Below, in pieces: positions 45,652 through 52,665 of a stretch of DNA of 56,254 bases (position 1 is its first letter; every line of letters begins with the position of its first letter). The DNA is from Deltaproteobacteria bacterium (GTDB taxonomy: Bacteria > Myxococcota_A > Polyangia > GCA-2747355). The position numbers were made by a program, and so were the translations under genes. The stretch lies in NCBI GenBank assembly GCA_019314525.1, contig JAFCZD010000002.1:1-56254 (forward strand), written 5' to 3'. Under the pieces are notes generated by a model that saw only the letters and a list, made by a program, of their open reading frames with translations, did no database searches and was not told the origin of the DNA.

Positions 45652-46661
45652 GCTTCCCTATCGATCGCCAGAATGAGCGCACCCTGGCTGCTGACTTTGC
45701 AGGTGATGTCGTCACCTGTGATATCGATCGCACCTATCTCGCCACCCGCTTTTCTTCGCTCAAGGGTTTGATGCGTATCCCTTTTGAGTTTGGCGTCGAC
45801 AAGAAGGATATCGCGGGCATGGTGGTGTTGCTCAAGGAGCTGCGTCGTGGCCCTGAGGTGCGCAGTCGCCACACCCCACTCTATTTCGTCTCGGCTAGCC
45901 CAGCCAGCCTGCGGGGAGTCATCGAGCGCAAGATGCTCCTTGATGGGCTCGAATACGATGGCACGACCTTCAAGGATTGGGGGCGCTGCCTGCGCAGCCG
46001 TCGTTTCCACCGTCTGCGCGAGCAGTTGGGTTACAAAGTTACCGCGCTGCTCACAGGGCGCTCTGAGATGCCTCGAGCGGCCAGCGAGCTGCTCTTTGGT
46101 GACGATCTGGAATCTGACGCTTTGGCATTTTGCACCTACGCAGACCTCGTGTCGGGGAGGATCTCAGCTGGGGCGGCGCCCCCTCTGCTGGAGAGCCTCG
46201 GTGTGGCCGCTGACGACGCTGCCCACGCCGCTGGTTTGGCGATGAAGGTGGTGGGGGGGAGGGGTGTGCGACGCAGCTATATTCGTCTCGAACGTCACAC
46301 CCCAGAGCACTTCCTTGAGTTTTCTCCTCATCTTCGAGCCTGTCGTGGCGCTTTTCAGTTGGCTTGTGGGCTGCTCGATGACGGCGCTATTGGGAAAGAT
46401 GCTGTTGTGCGAGTGGCGAGCGATCTCGTAGAGCGCGGAGAGAGCAGTGGCACCATCCAGGAGCGCCTGGTAGACGCCGTCACACGGGGTATTATCGCGC
46501 CTGAGTTAGCAGAGGGGCTCTTTGAGGCCCTCGCAGGCGCGTCTCTCGTGGTGCCCGCTGGCGCACACTTGCCGGCGGAGGCCGCCGCTGAGTGGATCGC
46601 CCAACGGGCAGGAGCCCTGCCTGAGCGCTACCTTGCCGGTCTTTCGCCTGCAAGGGCTTAG
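45648..46661 (+). CDS. HAD-superfamily phosphatase, APP1/DUF2183-like (candidate phosphatidate phosphatase)
   Basis: DxDxT motif CDIDRTY. Motif II FVSASP. Motif IV LFGDDLESD. GTGA start/stop overlap with gpsA. Confidence 0.55.
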   Translation: MSFPIDRQNERTLAADFAGDVVTCDIDRTYLATRFSSLKGLMRIPFEFGVDKKDIAGMVVLLKELRRGPEVRSRHTPLYFVSASPASLRGVIERKMLLDGLEYDGTTFKDWGRCLRSRRFHRLREQLGYKVTALLTGRSEMPRAASELLFGDDLESDALAFCTYADLVSGRISAGAAPPLLESLGVAADDAAHAAGLAMKVVGGRGVRRSYIRLERHTPEHFLEFSPHLRACRGAFQLACGLLDDGAIGKDAVVRVASDLVERGESSGTIQERLVDAVTRGIIAPELAEGLFEALAGASLVVPAGAHLPAEAAAEWIAQRAGALPERYLAGLSPARA

Positions 46662-46805
46662 ATGCATTGATCTATTCTTGCGCTTGAGTGCTCTCCGCGA
46701 TGGTGATTGGGAGCAGTGGGCGAAGGTCTTCGCTACAGATGTTCTTTTTTGTCCGCAAGAACCCACCCTGGGTCTCGTAATCCTCTCCGAACAAGCACTG
46801 AAGAT

Positions 46806-46835
46806 GCCGTCCTCATAAGGCGGCCCCTTTTTTTT
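46806..46835 (+). terminator. Terminator-like hairpin plus U-run immediately upstream of the Shine-Dalgarno of the next gene
   Basis: gccgtc / ctcataa / ggcggc stem-loop, then ccc and T8 (46828-46835). GGAGGAGG Shine-Dalgarno at 46838-46845 and ATG at 46850. Confidence 0.45.
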
Positions 46836-46849
46836 CGGAGGAGGAAACG

Positions 46850-48496
46850 ATGTCGAGCATGCATTTGCGCAGCCTCATAGCGCTGGCAGCTGTGGCTGCT
46901 TTCACGAGTGGTTGTGGGCTGATCAAGGTCAAGGGGAATCTCCTGGGGATCAAGACTTCTACGCCCAGCAGAGCGGTAACGAGCACGCCGCAGCGAAAGG
47001 TCGCTCAGCGCAGTTCACGCAGTTCGCGTAGCAGCGTCGCGCAGCGCAACTCCCGCAATACCGCGCCACGGACCAAGCGCTTCGAACCACAGGTCGTTCC
47101 AGGGGTGGGCTACAAGGGACCTGAATGTAGTCAGGTGCTGGCTGATATGAGCAAGATCAAGAGCCGCTCCGATGTGCGATACACGAAGCAACGCAAAGAC
47201 AACGCGTTGGATAAGCAGATCTATCTTTTGGTCTGTGCGCGTGAGCAGAAGACCCAACGCCGGAGTGATCCTCTGATCCAGCCGACCACCGTACGTTCGA
47301 TGAACGTTACACCGCTGCACTTTCAGTTTGATGATCGGCGCTTTGACCACGTGAGCGCCGCGATGATTAGCATCCACTGGGGCAACTATCCCAAACCACG
47401 CCGCGCCTTCAGCAGCAACAACTACACCAATCTCTGGGGCATAGCCAAGACCTACGCCGATCATGTGGACACCGCACAGCTCTTGGCGCAGCTAGGGACG
47501 CTGAAGATCCCAGCTGAAGCCGCCAAGTTTTTTATCGCGCGCTTCGAAAAGGCCAAGGCGAAGGTCATCGAAAGCATCGCTACCATGGAGCCTGCCATCA
47601 AGCCGATGATGGTGCAGCTTCCCACCAAGGTGCTGGCAGAGCGCAAAGCCTATTTCAGCAAATATGCTGCTTTCTACAAGCGCCTTGACGCGTTGAAGGG
47701 AACCGCCAATGCAGAGCGCGCAGCAGGCAACACCCAGAGCGTCATCACCAAGCTGACCCAACTCCGTAGCGACTATATCAAGATGTGTGCGCGCTTGGCT
47801 TGCCAGTACACGCCAATTTATGCGGAGCTCAGCCGGGAGTTGGCTGTCTCCTACGTCGCCGCCAAAGACGCCCTCGGTGCTCGTCTCGAGTCACAACCCT
47901 TCATGCGTGACGGCTCTTATGTGGTGAGCTTCGCGCAGGACTTGGGCGTGCAACAGCGCCACGCGGGAGCAAAGCTCGCGACTGCTTGGAATAAATACCA
48001 GAAGGCCAAGCGGGGTGGCGTGGACGAGCAGACAGCACGCAGCGTCGCCGGTGGCCCCGCCGCCAACTTTGACAAGAGGCGCATGATGATCTGGCCGAAG
48101 ACGTCAATCCCGAACTTTGGAGCTGCTCTGGGCCGCAGCAAGAGCAAGACCTTCAAGGCGAAGATTGCCAGCATCAAGCGCATCAAGGGCGGCGTGCGCG
48201 TCAGCTTCGCGAAGGTTCGCTACAAGGTGTCCGTACCCTACGCCTGCCGTCGCACGCGCCGCGTGAGCCGCATTCAGAGTGACGGAAGATTGCAATACGA
48301 GCGGATCTGTAAGTGGAAGAAGGTCAGCCGTGTACGCCTCACCGCCCAACCTGTGGTGTTGCCCAAGGCCGAAGCCCGTCAGCTGCGCCGTGGTGACGAG
48401 GTGCGTGGGTTGCGCATTGAGGACCAGGGGCGTGTGATCCGCGTCGAGCGCAACAAGAAGGCCATTCAACTGCGCCAAGATCCCATCCGCAGCTAG
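46850..48496 (+). CDS. Lipoprotein, unknown function
   Basis: GGAGGAGG Shine-Dalgarno. Lipobox AAFTSGC. A Ser/Arg-rich linker. No family recognised. Confidence 0.6.
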   Translation: MSSMHLRSLIALAAVAAFTSGCGLIKVKGNLLGIKTSTPSRAVTSTPQRKVAQRSSRSSRSSVAQRNSRNTAPRTKRFEPQVVPGVGYKGPECSQVLADMSKIKSRSDVRYTKQRKDNALDKQIYLLVCAREQKTQRRSDPLIQPTTVRSMNVTPLHFQFDDRRFDHVSAAMISIHWGNYPKPRRAFSSNNYTNLWGIAKTYADHVDTAQLLAQLGTLKIPAEAAKFFIARFEKAKAKVIESIATMEPAIKPMMVQLPTKVLAERKAYFSKYAAFYKRLDALKGTANAERAAGNTQSVITKLTQLRSDYIKMCARLACQYTPIYAELSRELAVSYVAAKDALGARLESQPFMRDGSYVVSFAQDLGVQQRHAGAKLATAWNKYQKAKRGGVDEQTARSVAGGPAANFDKRRMMIWPKTSIPNFGAALGRSKSKTFKAKIASIKRIKGGVRVSFAKVRYKVSVPYACRRTRRVSRIQSDGRLQYERICKWKKVSRVRLTAQPVVLPKAEARQLRRGDEVRGLRIEDQGRVIRVERNKKAIQLRQDPIRS

Positions 48497-48665
48497 TGTT
48501 CTGTCTCACAAACATTGAGCCGGCTTCTCGCCGCCCCTTGAGGGGGCACAGGGCGGCTCCAAGACGACTCATTTCGCATTTCTCTAGCCAAGACACTCTG
48601 TTTCATTTGGCGCCGCCTCCGCGGCGCCAGAGTGTTGCGACTTAGAAGAGGCGCTCGGAGAGATC
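48494..48665 (+). repeat. Structured repeat R1, copy B (172 bp); begins on the TAG stop of the lipoprotein gene
   Basis: See copy A. Contains the hairpins gccgcccc-ttga-ggggg..gggcggc and acactct..ggcgccgc-ctcc-gcggcgcc-agagtgt. Confidence 0.9.
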
Positions 48666-49098
48666 ACGCTTTTTGAGACGCGGGGATCTCTACCACCGGC
48701 CGAATCCGTAGCAATCCCTCTCCATCACAACGCGTGCAACGATAGCCCCCAAGGGTCTGATCCTCATCAGGCCAGCATTGCCCCTGCGCCCAGGGGTCAT
48801 CAGGGTCGAGCTCCAGGCCGAGCAGAGCGCCGCAGCCATGGGGGCAGTGGTCTACCAGCAACAATCGTGATGGGCCGTCGGGCGTGCCTTTTTCACCCAC
48901 AAGACGCAGGTGTCGCTTCGCTGAGCCTCGCTGTAGTTGCCAGGCGAAGCGGATATGCACCTGTTCATCGCAGCGTGGGCAGCGAAAGAGGAAGCTCGGC
49001 GACTGGGGATGTTGCCACGCCAGCTCATGAGGGATGTGTAGATCTAGCTCCCAAATGAGCGCCGCATCGCAGTGGGGGCAGGTAGAGGGGATTTCCAT
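48664..49098 (-). CDS. Hypothetical zinc-ribbon-like protein
   Basis: Paired cysteines CPHC, CPRC, CPHGC and CTRC. Start moved to ATG 49098 (MEIPSTCPHC) because the longer track ORF overlaps the upstream GGDEF-EAL gene. Confidence 0.5.
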   Translation of the reverse strand: MEIPSTCPHCDAALIWELDLHIPHELAWQHPQSPSFLFRCPRCDEQVHIRFAWQLQRGSAKRHLRLVGEKGTPDGPSRLLLVDHCPHGCGALLGLELDPDDPWAQGQCWPDEDQTLGGYRCTRCDGEGLLRIRPVVEIPASQKA

Positions 49099-49120
49099 GA
49101 GAGCCAATACTGGACGCTGG

Positions 49121-51223
49121 TTAAGTTGACAAAGAAAGCGAAGGCGTCCAGTCGGGGCTAGGTCGGCCCAAGAGGAAGCCCTGGGCCAGGTCTGCGCCCT
49201 CGTTCTTGAGGAACTGTAGCTGCTCAGCCGTCTCAACGCCCTCGGCGACGATCTCGAACTCGAGCTTATGGGCAAGGCCAATGATCGCGCTCACCAAAGC
49301 GGCGCCGTTGCCACCCATGTCGAGGGCTTGGATGAAGGAGCGGTCCACCTTGATGGTGTCCACTGGGAAGCGATGGAGGTAGGCGAGTGAGGAGTAGCCC
49401 GTACCGAAGTCGTCAATGGCGATGCGGACGCCCCAGGCGCGCAGCGTGGAAAGGATCGATTGCGTATGCTCGGTGTCCTTCAATAAGAGGCCCTCGGTGA
49501 TCTCCAATTCGAGGCTGGCAGGATCAATCGATGTTTGTTCCAACGCATGCTCGACAGCATGGAGGAGCCCTGGATGCTCGAATTGCCGCGCTGAGAGGTT
49601 GGCGGCGATGCGAAGTATTCCAGGGAAGTCGCGTTGCCACTCTACCAGCTGTTGGCAAGCACGCTGAATAACCCAGGCGCCCACATCAACGATGAGATCT
49701 CCGCGCTCCATCACCGGGACGAACTGCCCAGGGGGCACGATCTCTCCAGATTTATCTCGCCAGCGTAAGAGCGCTTCGGCGCCCACCGGGTCTCCCGTGC
49801 GTAGGTCGAATTGAGGCTGGTAGTAGAGCAAGAACTCGCCCTTCTCGAGCGCCTCGCGCAGCTCGGTCTCCAAGCGAGCGTCGCCCGTTTGACGCCTGCG
49901 TTTGTCCAGGAGCACCACGACGCTCTCGTTGTTTTGGGCGGCCTCGCTCATGGCGACATCAGCGGCGCCGAGGATCTCGTCCGCGGTGCGACCTGCTGCG
50001 GGGTAGGTCGCGGCGCCAATGTGGGTGGGAGCCACCAGCTCACCTGAGCTTGTGTGGATCGGCTCAGCGAGGGTGAGGCGCAGCTCGTTCGCGAGCTTGG
50101 CGACTTCTGCAGAGCGCACAGGCCGGGCCACGACCGCGAACTGGTCGCCGCCGGTGCGGGCGGCAAAGCGGAAGGGCTCGCTCAGAGCTGCGAGGCGGCC
50201 TCCGATGGTGCGGAGGACCTGATCTCCCACCTCCTGCCCAAGTTCTTCATTTACCTTCTTGAACTGGTCGAGGTCGACGGAGAAAACGGCGACGGTTTGG
50301 GCGTTGTCCCCTGCGTTGGCGAGGGTGCTCGTGAGGTGGCCCAGGAAGGATGGTCGATTCCAGATCCCGGTCAGTTGATCGTGGCTGGTGAGATAGCCGA
50401 CGCGTTGCCGCGAGCGCTGGCGTTGGGTCAAATGACGCAGCGTTCGATGTAGGGCCGAGTTGCTGTCGAGATCGCGGAGGATGTAATCGTCAGCGCCGAG
50501 AGTGAGCGACTCCATGGCTTGGCGCCGTCGATTAGGCGCGGCCACCACCACCAGCGGCGTGTCAGGGGCTGCTTGGCGCAAGCGGGTCACGGGCTCGAGC
50601 TCGGGGCCGTCTGGTAGGTCGAGAGCGACGAAGATCATGTGGTATGTGCGCTTGGCGAGGAGCTTCAGCCCTTCTTCGAGCAGAAGGACGTGGTCAATAC
50701 GCATGGGCCCGTTTTGTGCGCGCTGAGCCACCTGGGCTGCTATGGCCGACCCTTGAGGATCGATCACTAGGGCCGCCGCAAAGTCGTTGTCGGGTCCGCT
50801 TTCAGCGAGCTTGGCCACTTGGCGACGGTGGAACGCGATGGCCTTGGCCATTGCTAGCTGGAGTTGATGCCGACGCCAGGGCTTGCAGAGGAGCGCCACC
50901 AGGGACGTCCCTTCAGCTGGGTCTTCCGGCAGGTCGGGGTGTAAGAGCCCGCTGATGAGGATGTGGGCCGCGGTCTTGTCCATCTTCCGGTGCCGTTCGA
51001 TGAGCGCCAGGCCGCTTTCTCCGCGCATCCGCTGGTCTGAGATCACTATCGCGTAGCGGGTGGTTTCGAGGCGCTCGAGGGCTTCCTCGGCGCTCTCTGC
51101 GATGTCGAGCTTGAGAGCGCTATCGAGGCTGGCCTCGATGGTTTGCAGCGAATGAGAAAATGCGGTTGCGATCGCCGAGTCGTCATCGACGAAGAGAATG
51201 TTCAAGGCTGGCTTGTTACTCAA
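49121..51223 (-). CDS. Dual-receiver response regulator with degenerate GGDEF (GGDQF) and intact EAL domain (likely c-di-GMP phosphodiesterase)
   Basis: REC1 ILFVDDD...VISDQRM. REC2 MIFVALDLPDG. GGDEF fold with RTGGDQFAV. EAL motifs EALLRW, ELEITE, DDFGTGYSSL, EGVE and QGF. The start is uncertain (TTG 51223 with GAGGG 9 nt upstream, or GTG 51265). Confidence 0.85.
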   Translation of the reverse strand: MSNKPALNILFVDDDSAIATAFSHSLQTIEASLDSALKLDIAESAEEALERLETTRYAIVISDQRMRGESGLALIERHRKMDKTAAHILISGLLHPDLPEDPAEGTSLVALLCKPWRRHQLQLAMAKAIAFHRRQVAKLAESGPDNDFAAALVIDPQGSAIAAQVAQRAQNGPMRIDHVLLLEEGLKLLAKRTYHMIFVALDLPDGPELEPVTRLRQAAPDTPLVVVAAPNRRRQAMESLTLGADDYILRDLDSNSALHRTLRHLTQRQRSRQRVGYLTSHDQLTGIWNRPSFLGHLTSTLANAGDNAQTVAVFSVDLDQFKKVNEELGQEVGDQVLRTIGGRLAALSEPFRFAARTGGDQFAVVARPVRSAEVAKLANELRLTLAEPIHTSSGELVAPTHIGAATYPAAGRTADEILGAADVAMSEAAQNNESVVVLLDKRRRQTGDARLETELREALEKGEFLLYYQPQFDLRTGDPVGAEALLRWRDKSGEIVPPGQFVPVMERGDLIVDVGAWVIQRACQQLVEWQRDFPGILRIAANLSARQFEHPGLLHAVEHALEQTSIDPASLELEITEGLLLKDTEHTQSILSTLRAWGVRIAIDDFGTGYSSLAYLHRFPVDTIKVDRSFIQALDMGGNGAALVSAIIGLAHKLEFEIVAEGVETAEQLQFLKNEGADLAQGFLLGRPSPDWTPSLSLST

Positions 51224-51364
51224 TGCTCTTTTCCCTCTAACCCGGAGACGCACAGGGATGCACACGAAGAAGGGTATTTTATGCGCAGTTCTACGCCGAC
51301 GCTATGCTTTTGCTGGAATTTGCAGGGGAAGGGAGGGGAGGAGGGGCTTGGTCGGCGACTTACT

Positions 51365-51425
51365 GTCCGAAACCCGCCCTCACTGATTCTCGGGTGGGGT
51401 CATCATTTCCGCCGATGTTATCTAG
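51365..51425 (+). repeat. Interspersed repeat family R2, copy 4 (3' half only)
   Basis: gtccgaaacccgccctcactgattctcgggtggggtcatcatttccgccgatgttatctag aligns with 7873-7943, with an 11-nt gap. Its terminal ctag overlaps the thiolase stop codon. Confidence 0.7.
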
Positions 51426-52585
51426 TCGGCGCGCTCGAAGAGGCCAGCGGCGCCCATGCCACCACCGATGCACATGCTGACGACGCCGAGGTTGTGCCGC
51501 TCTCGTCGCATCTCAGAGATGATCTTGCAGGTGAGGATGGCACCCGTGGCGCCGAGGGGGTGCCCTAGGGCGATGGCGCCACCATTGGGGTTGACCTTGG
51601 CTGGATCGAGACCAAGCTCACGCACGCAGTAGACCGACTGCGCTGCGAAGGCCTCATTGAGCTCAACGACGTCGATGTCGTTTGCCTTGTGTCCAGAGAC
51701 GGTCATCAGCTTGCGGATGGCGGGCACAGGGCCAATGCCCATGAGTGCAGGGTCGACGCCAACGCAGGTGAAGTGTCGGAAGACCGCGAGCAGCTCGAGG
51801 CCTAACTCTTTCGCACGGTCGAGGCTCATCAGCACCACGGCGGCGGCACCATCGGTGAGGGGCGAGCTGTTACCAGCGGTGACGCTCCCTTTGAGGTGAA
51901 AGGCTGGCCGCAGCTTGCCGAGTCCCTCGACGGTGGTCTCAGGGCGGATCAGCTCATCGTTCTCCAAGCGCACATTCTGCGCTCCATCTTCACCGTAGAC
52001 GACGGTGTCTACAGGGACGATCTCATCTTTGAACTTTCCAGCGTTGAGCGCGGCTGTCGCCCGCATATGACTCTCATAGGCGAACTCATCTTGCATCTGG
52101 CGCGTGATCTCGAACTTGCGTGCGACGTTTTCGGCCGTGATGCCCATGGATGTGTAGGTTTCGGGGCGGGTATCGAAGAGGGCGGGGTGCGCCGAGGGCT
52201 TGTTACCACCCATGGGCACTATGCTCATAGATTCGACGCCGCCTGCGATGGCGACGTCGATGCCGCCTAGGGCGATGCGCCCTGCGGCGATGGCGATGGC
52301 TTGGAGCCCCGAAGAACAGAAGCGGTTGATGGTCATGGCCGGGACTTCGTCAGGGAGCCCTGCGATGAAGCTGGCGATGCGAGCGACGTTCATCCCCTGC
52401 TCGCCTTCAGGCATGGCGCAGCCGATGATGACATCACCAACTTCTTTGGTGTCGAGGCCTTTGGCGCGTGCGATGGCCTCTTTGATGACCAGGCCAGCCA
52501 GGGTATCGGGGCGTGTATCACGCAGCAGACCCTTCACCGATCGACCGGTGGGGGTGCGCGCCATGGAAATGGCAACCTCTCTCAT
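51422..52585 (-). CDS. fadA: Acetyl-CoA C-acyltransferase (3-ketoacyl-CoA thiolase)
   Basis: Thiolase motifs (NRFCSSGLQA active-site Cys, NEAFAAQ, GHPLGATG, CIGGGMG). ATG 52585 lies 5 nt after GAGGAG. Confidence 0.9.
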   Translation of the reverse strand: MREVAISMARTPTGRSVKGLLRDTRPDTLAGLVIKEAIARAKGLDTKEVGDVIIGCAMPEGEQGMNVARIASFIAGLPDEVPAMTINRFCSSGLQAIAIAAGRIALGGIDVAIAGGVESMSIVPMGGNKPSAHPALFDTRPETYTSMGITAENVARKFEITRQMQDEFAYESHMRATAALNAGKFKDEIVPVDTVVYGEDGAQNVRLENDELIRPETTVEGLGKLRPAFHLKGSVTAGNSSPLTDGAAAVVLMSLDRAKELGLELLAVFRHFTCVGVDPALMGIGPVPAIRKLMTVSGHKANDIDVVELNEAFAAQSVYCVRELGLDPAKVNPNGGAIALGHPLGATGAILTCKIISEMRRERHNLGVVSMCIGGGMGAAGLFERAD

Positions 52586-52665
52586 GTTAGCTCCTCTCGG
52601 GCGCCCCGCAGGGCGCCACGTCATGAGTTATTTTCGTCTCAACTCGGGCGGTGCCAAAAGGGTAT

